From Candidatus Obscuribacterales bacterium (GTDB lineage Bacteria > Cyanobacteriota > Vampirovibrionia > Obscuribacterales > Obscuribacteraceae), in the NCBI GenBank assembly GCA_965228855.1, contig CBDDIJ010000003.1, forward strand, positions 2,976,001 to 3,040,000: 64,000 nucleotides of DNA. Reading direction: 5' to 3'. Both the position numbers and the translations under genes were made by a program. The notes under the pieces were generated by a model. That model worked only from the letters and a program-made list of their open reading frames with translations. It was not told where the DNA came from and searched no databases. This document shows positions 39,531 through 49,514 of this stretch, in pieces; within the stretch, counting starts at the first letter, position 1, and every line of letters starts with the position of its first letter.

Positions 39531-39738
39531 AACGACCTCACTCTCATAAGTGCAAAGTGCCAACACATTTACGATATCGGGTTCGCAAATGCTGCATAAC
39601 GACTGAAAAACAGTTCGATCACTGTTTTCCGCCGAATCGACGCCGCCGATAATTGCGCTGAAACTCTCCGACGTTCAACAACTTAATGGTATCTTGGTAG
39701 CAATACAGGCGACAGTTCGATTACTAGACAGAAGAGCC

Positions 39739-40260
39739 ATGGCGGACAAAGGAAAAACGAACGGGGCGCAGACCCACAAAGGAATGAGAGACGCCTCTCA
39801 CATGCCCTCAGAGGATGAGATTCGGGCGTTCATGGATGAGGCTATCCGAGAAGCAGCCAATGGGCTTGAGGAAGGCGGAATTCCAATTGGTTCGGTCCTG
39901 GTAAGAAACCATAAGATAATCGGTCGCGGCCATAATCGACGAATCCAATTCGGCGACCCGACTGCGCACGGCGAAATAGACTGCCTGCGAGCCACAGGGC
40001 GCCTGCGGTCGTACAAAGACACCGTTATGTTTTCCACGCTTATGCCTTGTGCCATGTGCGCGGGTGCAATTGTTCAATTCGGGATCCCCGTAATAATCGC
40101 TGGGGAGAACCGCACATTCGCAAGCTCTTCCGATTTCATGAAAAGCAACGGCGTAACCGTGATCGATCTGGATCTCGATGAATGCTACGAGATGCTCAAA
40201 GGCTTCGCCCAGGAGCATCCTTCGTTATGGAACGAAGATATCGGTGTCGAGCCGGAATAG
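39739..40260 (+). CDS. Zn-dependent cytosine/nucleoside deaminase (Fcy1-like)
   Basis: GIPIGSVL, GRGHN, HGE, PCAMC, GEN and WNEDIG motifs. Confidence 0.9.
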   Translation: MADKGKTNGAQTHKGMRDASHMPSEDEIRAFMDEAIREAANGLEEGGIPIGSVLVRNHKIIGRGHNRRIQFGDPTAHGEIDCLRATGRLRSYKDTVMFSTLMPCAMCAGAIVQFGIPVIIAGENRTFASSSDFMKSNGVTVIDLDLDECYEMLKGFAQEHPSLWNEDIGVEPE

Positions 40261-40403
40261 CAATTCGCTCGCAAAATACCATACATATAGAAGAGGCGAA
40301 GAACCGAATCACGAGCGGCAGATCGTGAACAAAAAATTTTGCCTACTTCCCAAGATTGACATTTATGCTAGGGTAGAACATGAGAGCTTGATGAGGAGTA
40401 ATC

Positions 40404-40637
40404 ATGGGAGTAAGTACAGGTAAGCCTACCACGACAAAACGGGCGACCAAGAAGTCTCAAGATGCTGAATCGGCCATACTTGCGACGTGTCCGACTAACG
40501 GTGGCGGCTGGTGCTCTTATCCATTCTCTGCGAAGCAGCTTGAAAAAAGGTTGAAGGCAAAAGCGAAACTGGCTGAAATTGAAAACCTTCAGCAACAAAC
40601 CGCTAAGAGCAAAAAGTCAGTGGTCAAATCCCACTAG
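40404..40637 (+). CDS. Small basic hypothetical protein
   Basis: Strong GAGGAG RBS; 77 aa; CPTNGGGWCSYPFS core. Confidence 0.65.
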   Translation: MGVSTGKPTTTKRATKKSQDAESAILATCPTNGGGWCSYPFSAKQLEKRLKAKAKLAEIENLQQQTAKSKKSVVKSH

Positions 40638-40699
40638 GCCGAGTTTAAAACCAGTCATAATAATCTCTGTATGCTATTCACTTCGGAGATTCTCAGACT

Positions 40700-41371
40700 T
40701 TGGCGAAAATTCTTCTGGTCGAAGACGAAAAGGATCTGGCTCAGCAACTTGAGGACTGGTTCAAGCGCGAACAGCACACGATCGACGTCGTGTACACGGG
40801 TCAAGACGCGCTCAATTATCTTAAAATCTCGAAGTACGATCTGGTCATATTGGACTGGATGTTGCCGCTTGTCAGCGGACTGGAAGTGCTTCAGAAGATG
40901 CGCTCCCACAACAACCGCACGCCTGTAATCATGCTCACGGCAAAGGATTCCGAGGACGACAAAGAGAAGGGATTGGACTCGGGAGCGGACGACTATGTGA
41001 CAAAACCGTTCTCGCTTCGCGAACTGTCGGCGCGCACACGGGCGGCGCTGAGGCGCTCATCGCAGGCGGCAAAAACCGTTTTAACTGCAGGTGATGTGGA
41101 ACTAGATCCAGTGTCGCGAACAGTTTCAAAAGGAAACGTAGACATTCACTTGGAGCCGAAAGAGTTCAACTTGCTTGAGTTCTTTATGCGCCATCCCCAA
41201 CAGGTATTTAGCGCCGACGCGCTAATCGACCGGGTATGGCCGTCCGATACTCTTGTCTCGACTGACGCGATTCGAACGTATATCAAGATTTTGCGAAAAA
41301 AATTGGACAATGAAAAGGTGATCCAGAATGTGAGAGGGGTTGGCTACAAATTCGAGCCTGACATGAAATGA
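40700..41371 (+). CDS. OmpR-family response regulator
   Basis: ILLVEDE, LDWMLP, GADDYVTKPF; winged-helix ending NVRGVGY. Confidence 0.95.
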   Translation: MAKILLVEDEKDLAQQLEDWFKREQHTIDVVYTGQDALNYLKISKYDLVILDWMLPLVSGLEVLQKMRSHNNRTPVIMLTAKDSEDDKEKGLDSGADDYVTKPFSLRELSARTRAALRRSSQAAKTVLTAGDVELDPVSRTVSKGNVDIHLEPKEFNLLEFFMRHPQQVFSADALIDRVWPSDTLVSTDAIRTYIKILRKKLDNEKVIQNVRGVGYKFEPDMK

Positions 41372-42615
41372 AGTTTTTCCGTTGGAACGTCACGTTTCAA
41401 TTTGTCTTCCTCGCGCTCTGCGTCTACGTAGGGCTGGTTGGGCTCAGCCTGTTTTTGTTCTCACGCGGATTGAACGATGCGCTCGACGACCAGTTGAAGT
41501 CACTTCTGGCGGAACAATCACAGCTCATTGATTTCAACGGCAAAGATCTCAAATGGCTGGAAGGTAGTGACAGCACGGGTTTCCACTCGCCATTCTCGAG
41601 ACCGTTAGCCTCGTTTCAACTCTTCGATTTGAACGGAAAAGTTCTCGGTTCGCACGGCAGCTATCACTGCGCGAAACTTTTTCTACATCCACAAGAGATC
41701 AAAGGACTGCCTGTCACCTACAGAACTCAGGTATTACCGCTTATCGTGAAGGATACACTTCTCGGCTATTTGCAGGTGGAAATGCCGACGACCCAACGCG
41801 ACGCGGTAATGATGAAGTTTGCCGTCACTATATGCAGTGTCACGCTGCTCGGTTTTGCTTTGCTTGCATGGGCGGGATACAACTTTTCAAAAGAAGCGGC
41901 AAAACCAATTTATGACTCTTACGAGGTGTTGAGACAGTTTTCTGCCGATGTGGCTCACGAATTGAACACACCGATAAGCACCGTACGCGCCACCGCGGAA
42001 AACATGAGCGAAGAGCTTAACGAGCCTGACGCTCTGCGAACTAGGCTCGAAGTCATTAACCGCGCCGTCGACCGAATGAACATCATTGTTAAAGACCTGA
42101 GCCTCTTAACGCGGCTCGGAATGGAATCAGAAAAACCGACGAAAACGCCCGAGCAGATAGCATTGAGAAAGCTGGTCGTTGACGTTGTCGAAGAATTCAA
42201 AGATCGATTTCAACAGAAATCGATCTCCTTCACGTCGAAGATAGAGGGAGACCCTATCGTTTCCGGACATCAAGACCCGTTGCACCGAATGCTTGCCAAC
42301 CTTCTCGAAAACGCCCTGCGCTATACGGACAGCAATGGCGTAGTGAATGTTGAACTCTATTCGGATCATAACCACGCGACCATCACCGTATCTGATACCG
42401 GAATTGGAATTCCGGAAGAGTCCCTGCCCCGGATTTTCGATCGCTTTTACCGAGTAGACAAGGCACGCTCTCGCGATCATGGCGGCAGCGGATTGGGTTT
42501 GGCAATCGTAAAAGCAATAACTGCGATGCATAATGCAGAGATTGATGTAGACAGCGAGGTAGGTAAAGGGACAACCTTTACGGTGATCGTTCCCATTCAA
42601 AAAACCAGAGCTTGA
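41368..42615 (+). CDS. Sensor histidine kinase (2 TM, HisKA, HATPase)
   Basis: ADVAHELNTP H-box, NLLENALRY, DTGIGI, IFDRFYR, GSGLGL; ATGA overlap with the regulator. Confidence 0.95.
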   Translation: MKFFRWNVTFQFVFLALCVYVGLVGLSLFLFSRGLNDALDDQLKSLLAEQSQLIDFNGKDLKWLEGSDSTGFHSPFSRPLASFQLFDLNGKVLGSHGSYHCAKLFLHPQEIKGLPVTYRTQVLPLIVKDTLLGYLQVEMPTTQRDAVMMKFAVTICSVTLLGFALLAWAGYNFSKEAAKPIYDSYEVLRQFSADVAHELNTPISTVRATAENMSEELNEPDALRTRLEVINRAVDRMNIIVKDLSLLTRLGMESEKPTKTPEQIALRKLVVDVVEEFKDRFQQKSISFTSKIEGDPIVSGHQDPLHRMLANLLENALRYTDSNGVVNVELYSDHNHATITVSDTGIGIPEESLPRIFDRFYRVDKARSRDHGGSGLGLAIVKAITAMHNAEIDVDSEVGKGTTFTVIVPIQKTRA

Positions 42616-42620
42616 AACGC

Positions 42621-43475
42621 TCAGTAAGGCAGAAGATTGGTTAGTCCTTTGGCAATGAGAAACTCACGAAAGCGCTCGCGCATATCCTGTCCATGATACG
42701 TCCGCACCTCAGAGAATGGCTTCAGCTGTTTGATTCGAGCGACGTTATCGGTTTGCTTCAAAGCGTTGCCGGAAGCGTCAAAAGATCTTGTGGAGCCGAA
42801 TAGCTTCACGTAACCAGGCTCACCATCAGGTGAATACGATGTTATGCTTTCCGATTGAAACGACTCTTTTATTTGATGTCCATATTCGGTTCGCACCACA
42901 GTCATCAGGGTCGTGAACGTGACCGCTTGCTCGTCTGAGCGATTAAACACTTTAGACCTCACCAGATGATACTCATCGAACTCTGTCATAGAAGTCTTGG
43001 AGTGATAAGGTGTGCCTATGAAGTGCCAGATGTCGCCCGCGCGGTCTTGCTGCATGCCGTACTGAAAATCATGGCGCGCGTTGTAGCTATACGGTTTTGT
43101 ATCGGTGACGTTCTTTTTAAAATCTTTGCGCAGTACTGCCGTCTCCCGATTCAGACGCCAGGTGCCGGACATCCATAAAGGAATACGGATCCATTCGTTG
43201 GCCGGCTGCTCGCCATCTTCGGCAGAAAGTGAAAAACGACGCCCAGGACGCAGATCCTGTGAGACCTCAGGTAGAACCTCCGTATGCTCGACGCCGATTT
43301 CCAGCGTCGTCGCGTCTGCCGCGGAAGGAGAGAACAAAAATGACGCGCCGGCACAGAGTGCACTTATTAGCGTGCAAAATCGCCCATCTCTGCCTCTAAC
43401 TCGTCTGAAGCCTGTCAAAACGCACATTTCCTGGGGGAAGAGTACGTAGGGCATCGTAGTTCCCCCAATCGGCAA
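42621..43475 (-). CDS. Hypothetical exported protein (start uncertain)
   Basis: Long ORF with signal-like LISALCAGASFLFSPSAADA. Confidence 0.65.
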   Translation of the reverse strand: MPIGGTTMPYVLFPQEMCVLTGFRRVRGRDGRFCTLISALCAGASFLFSPSAADATTLEIGVEHTEVLPEVSQDLRPGRRFSLSAEDGEQPANEWIRIPLWMSGTWRLNRETAVLRKDFKKNVTDTKPYSYNARHDFQYGMQQDRAGDIWHFIGTPYHSKTSMTEFDEYHLVRSKVFNRSDEQAVTFTTLMTVVRTEYGHQIKESFQSESITSYSPDGEPGYVKLFGSTRSFDASGNALKQTDNVARIKQLKPFSEVRTYHGQDMRERFREFLIAKGLTNLLPY

Positions 43476-43539
43476 GACAGAGTTAATTGTCTATCATTTT
43501 GACATTGAGGTTGCGCAAGCAAGTTTTTTTGAGGAAGCC

Positions 43540-43674
43540 ATGATGAACACAAACGAAAAAGAAGTTGACCTTCAAGACGATGTGAAGTCTGAGGAAACCG
43601 AAGAATCGAAACCGGTTTGCAAAAACGGTGTGTGTGAACTCAACTGGCAACCGAAAAGACCTCAAGCAGCATAA
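43540..43674 (+). CDS. 44-aa acidic peptide with CKNGVC motif (absent from the ORF track)
   Basis: GAGGA RBS then ATG; translates to MMNTNEKEVDLQDDVKSEETEESKPVCKNGVCELNWQPKRPQAA. Confidence 0.6.
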   Translation: MMNTNEKEVDLQDDVKSEETEESKPVCKNGVCELNWQPKRPQAA

Positions 43675-43826
43675 GGCTGGCAAAATGGCAGGATAACTGA
43701 GCGGCCGGGACTGCGATTGCAGTCGCCGGCTTTTGCTTTGTCTGGCTGGAAACTTGCAGTCGCAGGCGACAATTCCTGGACTTTGCGGTATTTTTATCAC
43801 TGCAATTGTCGGCAAAAGAGCTTCTG

Positions 43827-44147
43827 ATGAAACTGATTTCAGCGGTCGTGCGACCAAAATATCTGCCTCGCCTGACTACAGCGCTCAGGCGCGCAAACGT
43901 TCCGGGTGTCACAGTCGTTAAGGCTCAAGGTTTCGGTCGTGAACAACTGGACTCAGACGTGGAATTGGTCGGTTTTCTGACAGAGCGTTTGAAGATCGAA
44001 GTCGCAGTCGAAGATGACCAGGCAGAGCGCATCGTCAAAATAATCAACGACAACGCCGGCACCGGCCGTGATGGCGACGGAATTATTTTCGTCTGGGACC
44101 TGGCTTATATGAAGAGAATCGAGCGCGGCACAGATCCTGGAGTTTAA
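43827..44147 (+). CDS. P-II family signal protein with shortened T-loop
   Basis: MKLISAVVRP, QGFGR, KIEVAV and TGRDGDGIIFV motifs. Confidence 0.88.
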   Translation: MKLISAVVRPKYLPRLTTALRRANVPGVTVVKAQGFGREQLDSDVELVGFLTERLKIEVAVEDDQAERIVKIINDNAGTGRDGDGIIFVWDLAYMKRIERGTDPGV

Positions 44148-44149
44148 AC

Positions 44150-45373
44150 TTACTTGGCGCTGCGAAGCGCGCGTGCCCGCTCCTTGAGCTCCTGATACTT
44201 GTCTTGATCACCGCCGGTGCGCTTTATGGCATCTGCGTAGTCTTCGATGTAAACGACCAGTTCAGGGCTCTCTTTTCCGAGATTACGCTCTTCAAGGTTT
44301 AAAATCTGCTCGCGTACCGGAATAGCGAGATCGAAACGATTTTGCTGTCCAAATATTTCCGCAACTTCCATTAAACTCTCGATCATGCCAGGATGATCGG
44401 GGTCTTCGGATTTCGAAGCTATGTCCAGGGCGCGCTCCACCAGCGGTGCTGCATCGTCAAACTTGCCTTCGTCGATATATAACGCGGCAAGATTGCTCAA
44501 AGTTTTTGCAACCGTTGGATGCGACTTGCCATAAGCTTTCTCGTCAATCTCAAGCGCTCTCTTCATCAACGGCTCGGCTTTGTCGAACGCCCCCTTTGAG
44601 TTATACAACTCCGCCATGTTATTCAAAATTGCGGATAAACCAGTATCTGTATCCTTATTGGTAGACAGTTTTTCTTGCATAGCCAGAGCCCGCTCCAGCA
44701 GTGGCTCCGCTTTGAAAAACTGCTCGCGGTCCATGTATAAACCAGCTAGATTGTTTAAACTGTTCGCGACATCTTGATGCTCGCCGCCGAAAACTTTTTC
44801 GCGAATAGCAAGCGACTTTTTAAACATCGACTCTGCCTTCTTAAAATCACCAAGCATGTCGTAAATTTCAGCGATGTTATTCAAAGCATTCGCTACATCC
44901 TTGTTTTCAGAGCCTTGAACGCGCTCGCGAATCGAAAGCAGGCGTTCAAAAACTTGCTTCGATTCAATAATCTTGTCCTCAGCCATATACAGCAAGGCAA
45001 TGTTTTGCAACGCATCGGCAATTTCGATAGCGTCGTTACCGTACTTGGCCTCCTTCAATGAAAGTGCACGCAACAAAAGCGGTTCAGCCTTCTCGTAGTC
45101 TGCACGTTTAAAATAAATCAGCGCCAGGTTCTCAACACTTTTATAAAGGCGATCGTCCTGCTCACCAAGTTTTTCCGCATCCTTGAGAGCATTTTGCAAC
45201 AGCTTCTCGGCACTAGAGAAATCGCCTGCCGAATACGCGGAAAGCGCTTCATCAGTTGATTCTTGCCAATCTTCGGCGTCATCACAAAATGCCGGTGCCG
45301 CACCCAGAACCATAAGTGATACCACTAAAGGAAAAGCGCGACAAAGATGAGAAATTCTCGTAATCATTTTCAA
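44150..45373 (-). CDS. Exported kinesin-light-chain-type TPR protein
   Basis: Signal peptide; 42-aa repeats VANSLNNLAGLY...AEPLLERAL. Confidence 0.9.
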   Translation of the reverse strand: MKMITRISHLCRAFPLVVSLMVLGAAPAFCDDAEDWQESTDEALSAYSAGDFSSAEKLLQNALKDAEKLGEQDDRLYKSVENLALIYFKRADYEKAEPLLLRALSLKEAKYGNDAIEIADALQNIALLYMAEDKIIESKQVFERLLSIRERVQGSENKDVANALNNIAEIYDMLGDFKKAESMFKKSLAIREKVFGGEHQDVANSLNNLAGLYMDREQFFKAEPLLERALAMQEKLSTNKDTDTGLSAILNNMAELYNSKGAFDKAEPLMKRALEIDEKAYGKSHPTVAKTLSNLAALYIDEGKFDDAAPLVERALDIASKSEDPDHPGMIESLMEVAEIFGQQNRFDLAIPVREQILNLEERNLGKESPELVVYIEDYADAIKRTGGDQDKYQELKERARALRSAK

Positions 45374-45375
45374 AA

Positions 45376-45756
45376 CTACTTTTTAGCTGGGCGGAATGGT
45401 TGGAATGACAGAAACGGTTTCCCTTCCCAGAGAGCAGACCCGATTGAAAGGGGTCCGGCGTTACTCAAAATCAATCGAACGGCTGGACCCAGCCCCTGAG
45501 CGTCCTGGACAGTAGAACCGCAAATCCAGCCCCAATCAACGGAACAAACGGCTTCTTCGAGATTGGGTAATTCGCTGGCGCCCACAGTTTTCGCGGCGAC
45601 TGTCGGGCTTGTCGGCTCGACGGCGTCAAAAATCACACCGGTGCCATCATCGAATTTGACGGCGAAACTTGTCAGGGCGCTGGATGCGTTTTCGACCTTC
45701 TTGCCAATAATTGCCTTGAGCGCCTCGCTGCGCTGCGCCTGAACTCCCTGAGTCAT
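45376..45756 (-). CDS. Hypothetical protein
   Basis: ATG 45756 after GAGG; abuts the downstream TPR gene. Confidence 0.65.
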   Translation of the reverse strand: MTQGVQAQRSEALKAIIGKKVENASSALTSFAVKFDDGTGVIFDAVEPTSPTVAAKTVGASELPNLEEAVCSVDWGWICGSTVQDAQGLGPAVRLILSNAGPLSIGSALWEGKPFLSFQPFRPAKK

Positions 45757-45832
45757 TTCGGTTAACCTCAATTCGTACACAAAACGAACATTATAGCCAA
45801 CTATCGACGTCGGGTCTTTATAATCTAGCGAG

Positions 45833-47089
45833 ATGAAAACGAGTTTTGACGCAGTTGTAATAGGGGCGGGCGGCGCAGGCATGATGTGCGCGGCGACCGC
45901 AGGCAAATTAGGCAAAAAAGTATTGCTCGTCGATCATGCGACAGTCGTCGGTCGCAAGATTCTCATTTCCGGCGGCGGGCGGTGTAACTTTACCAATTTG
46001 TATGCGACAGCGGAAAACTACGTTTCTCAAAATCCGCATTTTATAAAATCAGCACTCGCTCGATATACGCCTGGCGATTTTATTGACTTGGTCGAGCGCC
46101 ACGGGATTCCATATCACGAAAAGAAGTTGGGGCAGCAGTTTTGCGACAACTCCGCCCAGGATATCGTCGATTTGTTAATTGCAGAATGCGACGACGCAGG
46201 CGTTGAGTTTAAGTTAGGCTGCGACGTGAAAGCGATTGTCGCGCCGCCGGAATTGGGCTTGGATGTTTTCGATAATCGGCTGCTGAACGGCGTCAAGCTA
46301 TCCTCTAATAATGTTGCGGAACCTGGTCGTTATCAAATCCACACGTCGAAAGGAACATTTGATTGCGCCTCGCTTGTAATTGCAACAGGCGGTCTGTCCG
46401 TGCCTAAAGTCGGTGCCACCGCATTTGGTTACAATGTGGCGAAACAGTTCGGACTGAAGGTTATTGAAACCGCTCCGGCTCTCGACGGTTTTGTTTTCAC
46501 TGAAAACGACTCCAGGCGCTTTTACGATCTGTCAGGGATTTCGCAAGATTCGATTGTTACTTGCGGAGAGGGCTCCTTCCGCGAAAACATCTTGTTCACT
46601 CATCGCGGTCTGAGCGGACCCGCTAGCTTACAAGCGTCTCTCTACTGGCGGCAAGGCGCATCTGTTCAAATTGATCTTTGCCCTGATACCGATATTGGTG
46701 CCAAACTAATTGAGGAGCGCGCAACCCGGTCGAAGAAGAACGTGCGGAACCTGCTGACTGAGTATCTGCCAATCCGGCTTGCGCACCGCATCTGCGAAGA
46801 TCAGGGGGTTGATGATTCTATTCAGCACATCTCCGACAAGACTATTCAACAACTCTCGGAAGCCGTAAAAGAATTTGTTTTCAAACCCTCCAGCACTGTC
46901 GGTTACATCAAAGCGGAGGTAACGCGCGGTGGTGTCGACACAAACGCGCTCTCTTCAACCACCATGGGTTGTAAGAAAATTCCGGGACTGTTTTTCATCG
47001 GAGAAATTGTCGATGTAACCGGACAGCTGGGCGGTTTTAACTTTCAATGGGCATGGGCGTCCGGCTATGCCGCGGGAAACAATGTTTGA
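45833..47089 (+). CDS. HI0933/YhiN/BaiN family flavoprotein
   Basis: GAGGAG, GRKILISGGGRCNFTN, LFTHRGLSGP, VTRGGV and GGFNFQWAWASG motifs. Confidence 0.95.
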   Translation: MKTSFDAVVIGAGGAGMMCAATAGKLGKKVLLVDHATVVGRKILISGGGRCNFTNLYATAENYVSQNPHFIKSALARYTPGDFIDLVERHGIPYHEKKLGQQFCDNSAQDIVDLLIAECDDAGVEFKLGCDVKAIVAPPELGLDVFDNRLLNGVKLSSNNVAEPGRYQIHTSKGTFDCASLVIATGGLSVPKVGATAFGYNVAKQFGLKVIETAPALDGFVFTENDSRRFYDLSGISQDSIVTCGEGSFRENILFTHRGLSGPASLQASLYWRQGASVQIDLCPDTDIGAKLIEERATRSKKNVRNLLTEYLPIRLAHRICEDQGVDDSIQHISDKTIQQLSEAVKEFVFKPSSTVGYIKAEVTRGGVDTNALSSTTMGCKKIPGLFFIGEIVDVTGQLGGFNFQWAWASGYAAGNNV

Positions 47090-47109
47090 GGAATGAAAAG
47101 GAGAAACTG

Positions 47110-48096
47110 ATGCGCGCAGTGATGACGACAGAGAAAAATAAGCCGTGGGAACTCAAAGAGGTAGATAAGCCCAAACCCGCTGAGAATCAAGTTCTTCTCA
47201 AAGTTCACGCGAGCGGCATTTGCTATACCGATGTTCATCAAACTAAAGGTGAATTGCCGGTGAATTACCCTTGCATACTCGGACACGAACCGGTTGGTGA
47301 AATTGTCGAACTGGGACCCGGCGTGCGTTCGAGAAAACTCGGAGACCGGGTCGGAGTGCCATGGGTTCAGGCCGGTTGCGGAAGTTGCGAGTGGTGCCTG
47401 CGCGGCAAAAACGCATTTTGCCGCAAATCGTTCGGCACCAGCGCCTCAATGCAAGGCGGTCATGCTGAGTATATGGTTGTCTGGGCGGAAGGCACAATGC
47501 CAATTCCAAAGGAACTAACATATGCGGAAGCCGCGCCAATTTTCTGCGCCGGCTATACAGTCTGGAGCGGACTTAGAATTGCAGAACCGCAGCCGGGCGA
47601 ACGAGTAGCAGTTATCGGAATCGGCGGACTCGGACATCTGGCAGTGCAATACGCTGCAGCGTCAGGCTTTCACACTGTCGCCGTCACCCACTCCGAAGAC
47701 AAAAAGAAGCTGGCGCTGGAGTTGGGAGCGAGCGAAGTTGTTTCAAACGGAAAAGAGCTCCAGGAATGCGGTGGCGCCGACGTGATTCTTGCGACCAGCA
47801 ATTCGGCAGAGCAGACGTTTGACTGCATCAAAGGTTTGAGACCTGATGGGCGGTTTATCGTCATGGGCGTCTACGGCGAGCCGTTTCAAATAAATCTGAT
47901 GGACCTTCTCTTCAAAAGGGCGCGAATAATCGGGTCGATTCAGAATGGTCCCGAGCACCTCTATGAAGCACTCGACATTGCGGCTAAAGGCAAAATCAAA
48001 GTGATGACGGAGACTTTTAAATTCGACGACGTCACCGCCGCGTACGATAAGGTTGCGAAGGGCGATGTGCGATTCCGAGCAGTTCTGACTCCCTGA
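47110..48096 (+). CDS. Zn-dependent alcohol dehydrogenase (AdhP-like)
   Basis: GICYTD, GHE, CGSCEWC...C, CAGYTV and GIGGLG motifs. Confidence 0.93.
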   Translation: MRAVMTTEKNKPWELKEVDKPKPAENQVLLKVHASGICYTDVHQTKGELPVNYPCILGHEPVGEIVELGPGVRSRKLGDRVGVPWVQAGCGSCEWCLRGKNAFCRKSFGTSASMQGGHAEYMVVWAEGTMPIPKELTYAEAAPIFCAGYTVWSGLRIAEPQPGERVAVIGIGGLGHLAVQYAAASGFHTVAVTHSEDKKKLALELGASEVVSNGKELQECGGADVILATSNSAEQTFDCIKGLRPDGRFIVMGVYGEPFQINLMDLLFKRARIIGSIQNGPEHLYEALDIAAKGKIKVMTETFKFDDVTAAYDKVAKGDVRFRAVLTP

Positions 48097-48228
48097 CAAT
48101 TGGGTTTCAGCCCACTGAAAGCGTTAAGTAAATGAACGACTTACTTTAGATCAGAGCTCTAATTGGCTCTGGTTGTGTTAACCTTGCTTTCTGACCGTTG
48201 CAAACATATTAATTGGGAGTTGTGCATC

Positions 48229-49416
48229 ATGGAAGTAGCCGACCGCCTTAAGTCGATTCCGCCTTACGTTTTTGCTGAGATTGGCAAAAAAGCCCGCGCA
48301 ATAGCGCAAACGGGCGTTGATGTCATCAATCTGGGCATCGGTGCTCCGGACCAGCCGACACCGCGACACATCGTGGATGCGATGCACGAAGCAATTGAAA
48401 AACCGGCTAACCATCAGTATCCTCCCTTCGGCGGTACGCCGCAGTACAAAGAAGCTTGCGCAAATTGGGCAAACAAGCGCTTCGGCATTCAGATCGATCC
48501 GGAGACCGAGGTCACCTCGCTGATCGGAGCCAAAGAAGGGCTTCACAACTTGCTTTTCGCATATGTTGGACCCGGTGACATCGCCTTGATTCCTGACCCG
48601 GCATATCCGGTGTACAAAACATCGACAGAACTGGCCGGCGGAACACCGCACTACATGCCGCTTCTTCCGGAAAACAATTTCCTTCCGGATCTTGATGCGA
48701 TACCGGATTCGGTAGCACAAAAAGCGAAGATCATGCTGATCAACTACCCGAACAATCCGACCGCGGGCATCGCAGACCTGGCGTTCTTCGAGAAGGTCGT
48801 CGCTTTCTGCAAGAAACACGACATCCTGTTGTGCCACGATAATGCCTACTCCGAGATGACTTACGACGATTACAAAGCACCGTCGATTTTCGAAGTCAAA
48901 GGCGCCAAAGACATCGCGATTGAATTGCACACGATGTCAAAAACTTACAACATGGCAGGATGGAGACTTGGTTTTGCGATCGGCAATAAAACCGCAATCG
49001 CCAACCTTGCTAAAATCAAATCCAACATCGACACCGACGCGTTCGCAGCTATCCAGGTTGCCGGTATCGCCGGTCTGACCGGACCTCGCGACCACATCGA
49101 TTTCTGCAACAAGCTGTACGAAGAGCGCCGCGATATCGCCGTAAAGCGCTTCGCAGAGCTTGGATGGACTGTAGAGCCGGTCAAAGCGACATTCTACATG
49201 TGGGTGCCCACACCGAAAGGAATGAGCTCGGTCGACTTCAGCAACCACATGCTCAACACTGCCGGCATCGTCGTGCCGCCAGGTGACGCTTATGGTCCAG
49301 GCGGCGAAGGCTACTTCAGAATCTCGTTGTGCGTCGATAAAGACCGTCTGGCGGAAGCATTCGACCGTATGGCGAAGCACTCGATCACTTACGATATGCA
49401 GACGGCGAAAGTTTAG
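48229..49416 (+). CDS. dapL: LL-diaminopimelate aminotransferase-like class I/II PLP aminotransferase
   Basis: IPPYVFAEI, LGIGAPD, GAKEG, PDPAYPVY, NYPNNPT, HDNAY and SKTYNMAGWR motifs. Confidence 0.78.
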   Translation: MEVADRLKSIPPYVFAEIGKKARAIAQTGVDVINLGIGAPDQPTPRHIVDAMHEAIEKPANHQYPPFGGTPQYKEACANWANKRFGIQIDPETEVTSLIGAKEGLHNLLFAYVGPGDIALIPDPAYPVYKTSTELAGGTPHYMPLLPENNFLPDLDAIPDSVAQKAKIMLINYPNNPTAGIADLAFFEKVVAFCKKHDILLCHDNAYSEMTYDDYKAPSIFEVKGAKDIAIELHTMSKTYNMAGWRLGFAIGNKTAIANLAKIKSNIDTDAFAAIQVAGIAGLTGPRDHIDFCNKLYEERRDIAVKRFAELGWTVEPVKATFYMWVPTPKGMSSVDFSNHMLNTAGIVVPPGDAYGPGGEGYFRISLCVDKDRLAEAFDRMAKHSITYDMQTAKV

Positions 49417-49514
49417 TTTTTAACCGAAAAACTAAGCCCCACTGTCCGTATAAAATATTGAACTGAGCGATTTCTGGGAATAAGTTGCCTAGGCGTGGGG
49501 AAAGCCTTTAAGCA

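Noticed and set aside
39739..40260. Deaminase as an anti-phage dCTP deaminase or TadA
   Set aside because: It is a single-domain Fcy1-like enzyme with no kinase fusion or defence context, and lacks TadA-type EVPVGA and TLEPC motifs.
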